Positions 51,555-60,603 of a DNA stretch of 64,000 nucleotides are shown here, in pieces (position 1 is the stretch's first letter; every line of letters starts with the position of its first letter). The stretch is from Bdellovibrionales bacterium (GTDB lineage Bacteria; Bdellovibrionota; Bdellovibrionia; Bdellovibrionales; JAMPXM01): NCBI GenBank assembly GCA_043739185.1, contig JAYUEN010000332.1:64001-128000 (forward strand), given 5' to 3'. The position numbers were made by a program, and so were the translations under genes. Below the pieces are notes generated by a model. The model was not told the origin of the DNA, ran no database searches, and saw nothing but the letters and a program-made list of their open reading frames with translations.

Positions 51555-52338
51555 TAGATTGCTCCTCTAAAAAACCCTGGTTTTGAAGACACGTCATTAC
51601 ACTTTTAGAATATTCAATATGGGACTCTTTGGTGTATTTGGCGCGCGTATACACTTGCGCTAAATTGTTTATATTTTTGTTTTCGATGAGCGCACGCAGC
51701 TCAGGAATCTCAAGGTAGCGCCGCATTCCACGCAATTCTTTTTCGCGATAGATCTCACGTAAAGCTTCTGTTGAATAATCCTGGTAAATTTCCGAATGAA
51801 CTACCGCACCCAAAGAAAGTCGATCGCGCTCAAGTGGGGCTTCTGCTGGATAGCCCAATGAAAACCCAACCACCGGAATCACATTTTGAGGACAGTTCAA
51901 AATTCGTCCAATTTGTTCACAACTCGCCAAAGTTGTTCCCATAAAACATATTCCTAAGCCCTCGGCCTCAGCAGCGAGGGCAGCGTTTTGAGAAACCAGA
52001 ATTGCATCTATGGCTGCAATCATAAAACTCATAAAATTATCGAAATTATCAGGGGCATCCGAAATCTTCAGCCACTTCCTCATGCGATTGAAATCGGCAC
52101 AGAAAGTGAGGAGCACCGGAGCTTCTAAAACCATTTCCTGATTGAAATGTGGTTCATACAATTGTTTTTTAATTTGAGGATCTCGAGTTACAATAATCGA
52201 ATACGCCTGCATATTTCCTGACGACGAGGCTCTTATTGCGGCATTTAGGATTTTATCGATTAGATTTTGAGATACCTCTTTCGAACTGTATTTTCGAATA
52301 GATCGATGCGACATCATTGTATTGTAGAGTTGACTCAT
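51547..52338 (-). CDS. NfsA/Frp-type nitroreductase (NADPH-dependent flavin oxidoreductase)
   Basis: HRSIRKY, ASSSGNMQ.YSII, FCADFNR and LGYP motifs. Confidence 0.9.
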   Translation of the reverse strand: MSQLYNTMMSHRSIRKYSSKEVSQNLIDKILNAAIRASSSGNMQAYSIIVTRDPQIKKQLYEPHFNQEMVLEAPVLLTFCADFNRMRKWLKISDAPDNFDNFMSFMIAAIDAILVSQNAALAAEAEGLGICFMGTTLASCEQIGRILNCPQNVIPVVGFSLGYPAEAPLERDRLSLGAVVHSEIYQDYSTEALREIYREKELRGMRRYLEIPELRALIENKNINNLAQVYTRAKYTKESHIEYSKSVMTCLQNQGFLEEQSNA

Positions 52339-52399
52339 AGTTTCTCCCCCACCAAAATTACCACAAAATGATTATTGAGTAAAAGCGACATATAGTTTA

Positions 52400-52412
52400 T
52401 GTTATGTGAACA
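52400..52412. promoter_or_regulatory. Candidate LysR box T-N11-A (TGTT-N5-AACA)
   Basis: Interrupted palindrome directly before the lysR ATG, in the 74-bp divergent spacer. Confidence 0.45.
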
Positions 52413-53282
52413 ATGGATACAATTAGACTCAAATACTTTTGTGCGATCGCTGAAATCGGCAGTTTAACTAAGGCGGCTGAAATATTAAATATTTCGCATA
52501 GTGGGCTATCAAAAGCTATGAGCGTCTTACAAGAAGAACTCGGAGAACAAATCTTTCGCCCCCAAGGTCGTGGACTTGAACTAACCGAGCGCGGAAAAGA
52601 TCTCTATACGAAATGCAAAGAAATATTAGACTTGGTTGCGAAGCTAAAGGAGGCCGATAGCTTGAGTAAGAAAAAGTTCTTGCGAATTGGCCTTGCTGAA
52701 ATCTTTGCCATTTCGATTGCAGGAGATATCGCTCAATCTATTTCGCCGGATCTTTCCCAAAGTATCGATTTTTATGATCTTGATTCAGGCGAGGCGGAAG
52801 TTCAAATTCTTTCAGGTAAAATTGACTTCGCGCTTTCGTTTGTACCTTTTCCGCACCGAGATATTGAGTATTTGAAAATTAAGCGGACACCCATGGGCAT
52901 TTATTTTAACAATCCGCATTTTGCAAAGCTAGAGCTTGAACAGCTTCCCTTTGTAACTCCCAATATTGAAATTGAAAATAATCCGTTGAGCATCAAGTCG
53001 CGAGATGGCTGGCCAACTGAATTACGGCGTAAAGTTCAGTTTGGTGCCAATACATTAGCTTTAGCCCTACAGATGGTTGATGCCGGAAATGCGGCCATTT
53101 TTATACCTCAATTTGTTGCGAAAAATTTGAATCGACGGCGAAGCTTTCAATTTCAGGAATACGAAGTGAAAAAGGTGTTTCTCGCAGAGAGCACACGCGA
53201 TATTTATTTAGTGAAAAAAAAGAATTTAGAAGAAAGCCAAGAAATGAAACTATTGGCAAAGGTCGTAAGAAAACTTTGCTGA
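52413..53282 (+). CDS. LysR-family transcriptional regulator
   Basis: LKYF..IAE.GSLTKAAE.L.IS.S.LS...L.EELG HTH; divergent from the four-gene operon. Confidence 0.92.
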   Translation: MDTIRLKYFCAIAEIGSLTKAAEILNISHSGLSKAMSVLQEELGEQIFRPQGRGLELTERGKDLYTKCKEILDLVAKLKEADSLSKKKFLRIGLAEIFAISIAGDIAQSISPDLSQSIDFYDLDSGEAEVQILSGKIDFALSFVPFPHRDIEYLKIKRTPMGIYFNNPHFAKLELEQLPFVTPNIEIENNPLSIKSRDGWPTELRRKVQFGANTLALALQMVDAGNAAIFIPQFVAKNLNRRRSFQFQEYEVKKVFLAESTRDIYLVKKKNLEESQEMKLLAKVVRKLC

Positions 53283-53283
53283 T

Positions 53284-54039
53284 TTAAAAGAAATAAAAGC
53301 GAAAACTAACTCCACCATAAGGTCCGCTCAAATCGACTGAACGATTTGAACCATCTTGATTGAGCAAGATCGAACCAATGGCTTCATTTCCGTTAAATCC
53401 TTTGACTGCGGCAGAACTCGTAAAGGCACTCAATTTCAAATAACGGTAACCTGCGGTTAACATCATGGTCGCTATATCTGAAAACTGAAACTCAAGTGCC
53501 GTATATCCCAAATACATTGATGAATTTGAAGTGGCATCTTCTTCAAAATCACTTAGTCCAAAGCTTTGGCCCGCGGTGGTAAAGGTGTATTTGTTGGCAA
53601 GATTTGCCATTGCATAGCCATAGCCACCACCGACAAGCAATCTCCACGTATTGCCGCTCTTAACTGCAAACTCGAGAGCTAGAGTTGGAATCAAAGTGGT
53701 CACATGGGTATCCAGATTATAAAGCCCAGTTCCCGCGGCATTGCTACCAGTTACATTGGTCAAATGTCTCGGAAATAAATATTCGGCATAGAGTTTTAAA
53801 TTGAATCTTTTTGTGCTCGCCAAAAATCCAAACTCTGCGCTATAGTTGCTTTGCTCGGTCTGATCAAACACCATATTGTTACCGCTTGAACCGGCATAGG
53901 CCATATCAGTGGCTTGAGATGGCCCATAGGTTCCGCCAACAAAACCACCGAAGCTTGAATTTTTGAAATCAAAAACCCTTGCCTGAGAATTGCCAGTGGC
54001 AAAAAACAAAATAAGGAGAGCACATAAACTTCTCAACAT
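53284..54039 (-). CDS. Outer-membrane beta-barrel protein
   Basis: Signal peptide, amphipathic strands, ends VSFRFYFF. Confidence 0.65.
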   Translation of the reverse strand: MLRSLCALLILFFATGNSQARVFDFKNSSFGGFVGGTYGPSQATDMAYAGSSGNNMVFDQTEQSNYSAEFGFLASTKRFNLKLYAEYLFPRHLTNVTGSNAAGTGLYNLDTHVTTLIPTLALEFAVKSGNTWRLLVGGGYGYAMANLANKYTFTTAGQSFGLSDFEEDATSNSSMYLGYTALEFQFSDIATMMLTAGYRYLKLSAFTSSAAVKGFNGNEAIGSILLNQDGSNRSVDLSGPYGGVSFRFYFF

Positions 54040-54047
54040 TCACATTC

Positions 54048-54584
54048 CTAATGTTTTGAAACCGGACGAATATCTATTACCAATTGGTTTTGTTTATCCT
54101 CAGTGGCCTCAATCTGCGCTTTTGTTTCAACCGGCGCCCTCATAAAAAGAGTGATATTGGTAGTTCCGTCTTGAGGATCCATACTCATATCGGTTTTTGC
54201 AACTAAGTGAGAGCCGCGAAGTTCTTTAATGAGATCTTGCTGATCAATTGCTGTCTTTAATACTTGCGACAAATCTAAAACCAACCTTTGACCGGCTTGA
54301 TCGAGACTCAAATGAAAATACCCAGGTTGTGTTTTGAGCGGAATTCCGTCTTGATCACCGTAAGTTAAAATTAGTCTTTCAACTCCATCTGCCAAAAGCA
54401 TTTTTTGAACTCTCAATAAACTAAATATTTTTCCGGCGTTGCCACCAACTATCGCGCCAGCTGCTATATAGCTCCCAAGTTTTTGTGGTCGCACAACAGG
54501 TTTGGCAGGAACTGCCATGGCAAGCGAACCCATTAAGAAAATGTGTGACGCCAGCAAAAGCAAGACTACATATTTCACAATCAC
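54048..54584 (-). CDS. Hypothetical exported protein (AMIN-like beta domain)
   Basis: GGAGG RBS, signal peptide, ERLI / RLVLDL / QLVIDI motifs. Confidence 0.6.
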   Translation of the reverse strand: MIVKYVVLLLLASHIFLMGSLAMAVPAKPVVRPQKLGSYIAAGAIVGGNAGKIFSLLRVQKMLLADGVERLILTYGDQDGIPLKTQPGYFHLSLDQAGQRLVLDLSQVLKTAIDQQDLIKELRGSHLVAKTDMSMDPQDGTTNITLFMRAPVETKAQIEATEDKQNQLVIDIRPVSKH

Positions 54585-55135
54585 AATTACCTCCAGCTTC
54601 CTATTTTATCTCGAGAGAGAGGCAAAACTCTCTAAAGAATTTTAGAAAGCTTCGTTTCAGGACCTAGGGCTTGAATATCACGAAGACATTTGTGTTACCT
54701 ATGCCATTAGACTTCGTTTTCCCGCAACTTGAGCTTGGTATGTGGCGGCATTCAAGAGTTCTCTGTCGCGATTTTAAATCAGTTTTCGTGGCAGCCGCAG
54801 CGGTTAGCCGTTTGGCAGCTTCAGTCTCTGGGTTCTGTTTCAGTTGCCGATAACCGAATCCGGTTTGCCCGCCCCCGAACTGATCTTTGTTTTACCAATC
54901 AAAAAGAGAAAATCTCTGATTTTTTGCTGACTTTTTTTGACCTTTTCAGACAAATAAACGCGAGTCATTTTTGCACTGACCATATTTGCCAAGTTTTTGA
55001 AAGATCTTCAGCTTGCTATGAAAAGCATTCAAAAAATACTCCCCATTATGACTTAAATTGGCATCCAGCTTCGGCATAGTTATTGGAATAGGCTTGGCCT
55101 TGAGGAAGAAAACACGAATTTAAAAGGGGACTTAA

Positions 55136-55633
55136 ATGAAAAATATTTGCCGATTGGCAATTGCAATTGCACTCTCGCTTCAGGTTATCAGCTGTGGCAA
55201 AAAAAATAATGATCCACAAGCGACACAAACAGCTATTCCCCCTATGAGTTTACAATCTTGCAATCAAAATAATGGCTATTCCCCTTACGGCGGCAATATT
55301 CCGTATAATCCGTATCAGTGGAATAACAACTACAACGTTTCTCAAGCCGGTTTTTGCGGCTGTAGTTACGGACAAGTTCCCGCCTGCAATCCTGGTGTCG
55401 GAATGTTTTGTGTGCCAGTCGGCCAGAACAGTGCCAATTATGCCCTGTACAACTACAATAACGGAAATTTCAATTTTAATAACTACGGCGGCTATAGTGG
55501 CTTTGGGGCAAATAATTCATGTACCGCGAGCATTGGCCAAATTTGTCAGGCTGGAGTTGTCGGATCTTGCGGCTATGGACGCTGTGTTCAGATGGTTCCC
55601 GGAAATCCTTATGGAATTTGCGCAAACTATTAG
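55136..55633 (+). CDS. Cys-rich, Asn/Tyr/Gly low-complexity lipoprotein
   Basis: AAGGGG RBS, lipobox VISC, ten further Cys. Confidence 0.75.
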   Translation: MKNICRLAIAIALSLQVISCGKKNNDPQATQTAIPPMSLQSCNQNNGYSPYGGNIPYNPYQWNNNYNVSQAGFCGCSYGQVPACNPGVGMFCVPVGQNSANYALYNYNNGNFNFNNYGGYSGFGANNSCTASIGQICQAGVVGSCGYGRCVQMVPGNPYGICANY

Positions 55634-55741
55634 TTTCGCTAATGGGGCGTATGTTTTCTCGCCTCGGAATAGATTTTGCTATGTATTTGGGCAAAATGAG
55701 CGAGCAAATAGAATAGTTTGAACCCACTGTAAGGCTTGAAT

Positions 55742-55861
55742 ATGGATTTCTTTCATCAACATAAAGATGCCGTCCTTGTATCAGTCTTGAGTATATTATT
55801 CGTCGCCTGTTTTGAAATCACATTGGTATTTTTGTCACATTATTCTTTACTCAATCCTTAA
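55742..55861 (+). CDS. Possible 39-aa single-TM small protein (MDFFHQHKDAVLVSVLSILFVACFEITLVFLSHYSLLNP)
   Basis: Translated by hand. ATG to TAA in an otherwise empty spacer, long hydrophobic core, weak AAGG RBS. Confidence 0.4.
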   Translation: MDFFHQHKDAVLVSVLSILFVACFEITLVFLSHYSLLNP

Positions 55862-55957
55862 ACGAAAAAGCTCTCGCCTTAGCCCAGAGCGTTTCTCCCG
55901 CTGAATTTCTGCTAAAGATGATTGCTGCGCGAAGAGCTTGTGCTATCTTTGCAACAT

Positions 55958-58000
55958 ATGACAGACAAAAAAAATCCCCTTTTACAGAAGTCGAAATACA
56001 AACACGAAGCCACCACTTTTGATCTCATTCAAAAAGAACATTTTATACCTGCAATCCAAGAAGCAATCGTTCAAGCAAAAGCTAAAATTGAGTTAATAAA
56101 GAGCTCTGAGGCTTTGCCTAATTTTGAAAATACCATTTTGGCTCTTGAAAGCGCTCCTCAAGATCTTAATTATATTGCCGGAGTTTTTTTTAATCTTTTA
56201 GGGGCTGAAAGTGATGAAGCAATTCAGGCGATGGCGAAAGATATTTCGCCTCTACTCTCTGATTTTTCGAGCGATCTGACTTTAGATCCTCAACTCTTTT
56301 CTAAAATTCAGAGCGTTTACAAGCAACGGGAAAAATTGGGTTTAAAGGGCGAAGAACTCACTTTGGTTGAGAAGACCTATAAAGACTTTGCTCGCAATGG
56401 TTCGTTGTTAGATGAAACGAAAAAGCAAAGAATGCGAGAGTTGGATCAGCAATTGGCGCAAGCTGGACTTGAATACTCTGACCGCGTTTTGCGATCAACC
56501 AACGAATTTGAATTGCTCATCACCAATCAAACTGAGTTGGCTGGATTGCCGGAATCCGCCCTTGATTCGTTTGCACAGGCCGCTAAAAACGCCGGCAAGT
56601 CGGGCTGGCTTTTGAATCTACAGGCGCCTAGTTATATGCCGATATTAACCTATTCGAGCAATCGAGCATTGAGAGAAAAAATGTGGCGCGCCTTCAATTC
56701 ACGTGCGACCAGCGGAGAGAATGATAATAAATCGCTCTGCCTCAAAATCGTAAGACTCAAAGATGAACGTGCAAGGCTTTTAGGTTTTCAAGATTTTGCA
56801 GCTTTCACTTTAGAGGAAAGAATGGCGCAATCTGCTGAACAGGTCATGAGCTTTTTAAATCGTTTGGTTGATAAGTCCCTACCGGCGGCCAAGCGAGATC
56901 TCGAATTGGTAAAGGAGTTTCAAAAAACTTTGCCCAGCGAAAAATATGAGTTTATGCCTTGGGATTACGGTTATATATCTGAAAAGTTAAAATTGGCAAA
57001 ATATGACTTTGATGAGGAGCAATTACGGCCGTATTTTCAACTCGATAAAGTCATCGCAGGGGCTTTTGAGCATGCCCGAAGACTCTATGGCTTGGTTTTC
57101 AAACTTATCGAAGATGTGCCCGTCTACCATCCTGATGTGAAATGTTTTGAAGTGATAAATGAAAAGACCAAAGAATTTGTCGGGCTCTTATATGCTGATT
57201 TTTTCCCTAGAAAAGGAAAACGCAGTGGCGCCTGGATGACAAGTTACAAGGATCAAGGCTTAATCAACGGGAAAATATCGCGACCACATATTAGCATTGT
57301 TTGCAATTTCATTCCACCAACCGAAAATAAACCATCGCTTTTAAGTATGGATGAAGTGCGAACACTCTTTCATGAATTTGGTCACTCATTGCACGGACTT
57401 CTTTCGAATTGTAAATACACTTCGCTTTCAGGTACAAATGTGTTTTGGGACTTTGTCGAACTCCCCTCTCAAATTATGGAGAATTGGGTCTTAGAAAAAG
57501 AAGCCCTCGATCTCTTTGCTAGCCATTATCAAACGGGCGAAAAAATTCCGATCGAATTGACCGACAAGATTAAGGCCACCACCCGTTTTCAGGCCGGCTA
57601 CTCTTCTCTCAGGCAACTTCAATTTGGTTTGTTAGATATGGCTTGGCATTCTACTCCAATTGATCAAATTAAAGATGTCGATAGCTTTGAAAGAAAAGAA
57701 CTTTCGCGCACACAACTTTTACCATTTATTGAGGGCACAACACGCTCAACTAATTTTAGCCATATTTTTTCGGGTGGCTATGCTGCCGGCTACTATAGTT
57801 ATAAATGGGCCGAAGTTTTAGATGCCGACGCCTTTGAGCTCTTCAAAGAGCGCGGACTCTTCAATCAAGAAGTGGCCGAGAGTTTTCGTGTTAACATTCT
57901 CTCTCGAGGTGGCAGTGAACATCCCATGATCCTTTATAAAAAATTTCGCGGCAGAGAACCTGACCCAGATGCTTTACTCAGGCGTGATGGTTTAATCTAA
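55958..58000 (+). CDS. dcp: M3-family metallopeptidase (peptidyl-dipeptidase Dcp-like)
   Basis: NPLL N-terminus; KRSGAWM, HEFGH, DFVELPSQ and GYYSYKWAE motifs. Confidence 0.9.
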   Translation: MTDKKNPLLQKSKYKHEATTFDLIQKEHFIPAIQEAIVQAKAKIELIKSSEALPNFENTILALESAPQDLNYIAGVFFNLLGAESDEAIQAMAKDISPLLSDFSSDLTLDPQLFSKIQSVYKQREKLGLKGEELTLVEKTYKDFARNGSLLDETKKQRMRELDQQLAQAGLEYSDRVLRSTNEFELLITNQTELAGLPESALDSFAQAAKNAGKSGWLLNLQAPSYMPILTYSSNRALREKMWRAFNSRATSGENDNKSLCLKIVRLKDERARLLGFQDFAAFTLEERMAQSAEQVMSFLNRLVDKSLPAAKRDLELVKEFQKTLPSEKYEFMPWDYGYISEKLKLAKYDFDEEQLRPYFQLDKVIAGAFEHARRLYGLVFKLIEDVPVYHPDVKCFEVINEKTKEFVGLLYADFFPRKGKRSGAWMTSYKDQGLINGKISRPHISIVCNFIPPTENKPSLLSMDEVRTLFHEFGHSLHGLLSNCKYTSLSGTNVFWDFVELPSQIMENWVLEKEALDLFASHYQTGEKIPIELTDKIKATTRFQAGYSSLRQLQFGLLDMAWHSTPIDQIKDVDSFERKELSRTQLLPFIEGTTRSTNFSHIFSGGYAAGYYSYKWAEVLDADAFELFKERGLFNQEVAESFRVNILSRGGSEHPMILYKKFRGREPDPDALLRRDGLI

Positions 58001-58013
58001 AGAAGGCTCGTTC

Positions 58014-58898
58014 ATGTCAGTGCAAAAAAAATCAAATCATTTTCAACCGCGGAATATATGTATCATATATCGTCCGCAAACTGCTTTGGCTGTTGAAAAA
58101 GCAAGGCTTTTGGCAAAACATTTGGTCGCACGTAAATTTAAAGTTTTTTCTGCTCCCAAACAGAGTCTTGTAAGTGGCTGCATGCAGGTCTCAGCGCGGA
58201 GCTTAAAAAGCCTAGATTGGGTGATCGCTTTAGGTGGCGACGGTACCTATTTGAGCGCCGTGAAAATGCTCAAAGGCAACCACACTCCGATTTTGGGAGT
58301 GAATATGGGCTCTTTAGGATTTTTAACCTCGGTTAAAAGTAAGGATCTCTTCAAAGCTGTCGAGCTCACGCTTCAACACAAAATGGAATTTAGGCCACGA
58401 GCTCAATTGCATTTGACCATAAAACGAAACGGCAAAGTCCGAGACGAAATTATTGCTCTCAATGATGCTGTTGTTGAGCGCGGTCGCAGCGAGCATCTCA
58501 TTGGCTTAGCGATTTATAGTCAAAAAGCTTTGGTATCAGAATACAAAGCCGATGCTTTGATTATTGCAACGCCAACTGGCTCGACCGCCTATAATTTGGC
58601 GGCAGGTGGTCCTATTCTGCATCCGGATGTTAAAGCCGTGGTTTTGACACCTGTATGCCCGCATGCCCTAACGAGTCGTCCTCTTATATTTCCAGACGAC
58701 CTACAGCTTTCACTTCGTCTTTTGCCCAAAAGTAAAAATGCTGCTTTGGTTGTCGATGGCACCAACTGTGGTGAACTGACCAATGAAGACGAAGTCGTTG
58801 TGGTAAGACATGACGTCAATCATTTTGTAATTCGTAATCCGGGACATAATTATTTTACTCTTTTGAGAGAAAAATTAAAATTTGGAGAAAGGTCTTAA
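58014..58898 (+). CDS. nadK: NAD+ kinase
   Basis: GGDGT, GSLGFL, LND and TPTGSTAY.LAAGGP motifs; precedes recN. Confidence 0.95.
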   Translation: MSVQKKSNHFQPRNICIIYRPQTALAVEKARLLAKHLVARKFKVFSAPKQSLVSGCMQVSARSLKSLDWVIALGGDGTYLSAVKMLKGNHTPILGVNMGSLGFLTSVKSKDLFKAVELTLQHKMEFRPRAQLHLTIKRNGKVRDEIIALNDAVVERGRSEHLIGLAIYSQKALVSEYKADALIIATPTGSTAYNLAAGGPILHPDVKAVVLTPVCPHALTSRPLIFPDDLQLSLRLLPKSKNAALVVDGTNCGELTNEDEVVVVRHDVNHFVIRNPGHNYFTLLREKLKFGERS

Positions 58899-58901
58899 AA
58901 T

Positions 58902-60596
58902 ATGCTTGTTGAACTTAAAGTAAGTCACTTTGCAATTATTGATAATATTCATATGAGTTTTGGACCAGGCCTCAATATTTTGAGTGGTGAAACCGGCGCC
59001 GGAAAATCAATCTTGCTAAAGAGTCTGGGCCTGCTCATGGGCGAAAAAGCATTATCTGATTCCATTCGCGCTGGTCAGGATACGGCGACAATTGAAGGCG
59101 CCTTTGATCTCGCTAAAAGACCCGATATAAAAGAAAGAATGATCGCAATGGGCATTGAAGTACTCGACAATGAACTCATTGTTAAACGAATTGTTTCAAA
59201 TCAAAATAAAAGCCGCATTTATCTCAATGGTAGTTTAAGCACACTTTCTTCCTTGCGAGACGTGGTTTCTCCTTTGGTTGAAGTCACCGGTCAAGCCGTT
59301 CCCCTGATCGAAATGACGGGCCAACATGACAACCGAAATTTGATTTCGCCACGCTACCATTTAGATCTTTTAGATCAATACAGTGGCGCCTGGAAGCTGA
59401 GAAATGAATATGAAACAAAATATTCAGAGTATCGAAATCTGCAAGATGAAGTTTTAGAACTCATTTCAAAAACTCGCGAAAAAAATCAACGTCTCGACTT
59501 TTTAATTTACCAACGTGATGAGATCGCAGCTCTTGATTTACGCTCCGGAGAAGAATCTTTAATTGAAGAAGAGACCAAGCGGCTGAAGTATTCATCCCGC
59601 CTGACTGAGTTTGTCGAGCAGGCCGAACGCATGCTTTCAGAGGACGAGGATTCGGTCTCAAATAAGCTGCATTTTTTGATCGGACGCTCGCATGAAATTA
59701 AAAAGCTTGATTCCTCATTGGCTGAAAAATTCGAAGTTCTTGAGCAAGTGAAAACACTGATCAATGAATTGGGCTTTGAGATTCGCGGCTATTCTCAAAA
59801 ATTAGAGGCCGATCCCGAGCGACTTGAAGAGCTTGAGCAGCGCCTCAGTCGTTTGCGCGGCTTACAGAAAAAATATGGTTCCACCGCTGATGAAATTCTC
59901 AAGGCATTCAAATCAATTGAAGACGAAATCTCGACTCTTGAAAACTCCGAGACCGAAGTCGCCGCCAAACAAAAACTAATAGCTTCGTTAGAAGTAGAAC
60001 TCAAAAAGTTGGCAATAGATCTTCATAAACGTCGAGTGAGTGCGGCCGAACTCTTGAGTCAAAGTGTAGGCGAAGAGCTTAAAGATCTGAATATGAAGGG
60101 TGTGAGCTTTGCAGTTAAGGCCGAAAAGCTGAATGAGCTCACGTCAACTGGCTGTAGCTCAATTGAGTTTTGCACGCAAAACTCAAAATCTGAAGAGCCT
60201 AAGTCCCTATCTAAATTTGCAAGTGGTGGCGAGCTGAGCCGTATTCTGCTTGCCATCAAACGCGTTGTAGGCCACGCCAAATACCCAAGAACCTATCTTT
60301 TTGACGAGGTCGACGCTGGCGTGAGTGGGCCAACCGCCGAAAAGGTTGGACGCAAACTTAAATCAATTGCAAGCGGAAGCCAGGTTATTTGCATTACCCA
60401 TCTGCCACAAGTGGCCTGTTTTGGTGATATTCATTTTTATATTCAAAAGTCACAATTTAAAAAAGGCGTTCAAATGGAAGTAATCGAACTCAAAAGTAAA
60501 GAACGCATTGAAGAAATTGCGCGATTAATTTCAGGAGAAAAAATAACTAAAACCAGTCTGGCACATGCAGAACAGCTGTTGAGAGAAGTCCAATAA
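58902..60596 (+). CDS. recN: DNA repair protein RecN
   Basis: GETGAGKS, coiled coil, ASGGELSR, FDEVDAG, ITHLPQVA. Confidence 0.97.
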   Translation: MLVELKVSHFAIIDNIHMSFGPGLNILSGETGAGKSILLKSLGLLMGEKALSDSIRAGQDTATIEGAFDLAKRPDIKERMIAMGIEVLDNELIVKRIVSNQNKSRIYLNGSLSTLSSLRDVVSPLVEVTGQAVPLIEMTGQHDNRNLISPRYHLDLLDQYSGAWKLRNEYETKYSEYRNLQDEVLELISKTREKNQRLDFLIYQRDEIAALDLRSGEESLIEEETKRLKYSSRLTEFVEQAERMLSEDEDSVSNKLHFLIGRSHEIKKLDSSLAEKFEVLEQVKTLINELGFEIRGYSQKLEADPERLEELEQRLSRLRGLQKKYGSTADEILKAFKSIEDEISTLENSETEVAAKQKLIASLEVELKKLAIDLHKRRVSAAELLSQSVGEELKDLNMKGVSFAVKAEKLNELTSTGCSSIEFCTQNSKSEEPKSLSKFASGGELSRILLAIKRVVGHAKYPRTYLFDEVDAGVSGPTAEKVGRKLKSIASGSQVICITHLPQVACFGDIHFYIQKSQFKKGVQMEVIELKSKERIEEIARLISGEKITKTSLAHAEQLLREVQ

Positions 60597-60603
60597 AATA
60601 AGT

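Noticed and set aside
54671..55079. Plus-strand ORFs 54671-54853 and 54729-55079 as real genes
   Set aside because: They have TTG starts without a clear RBS, atypical composition and mutual overlap.
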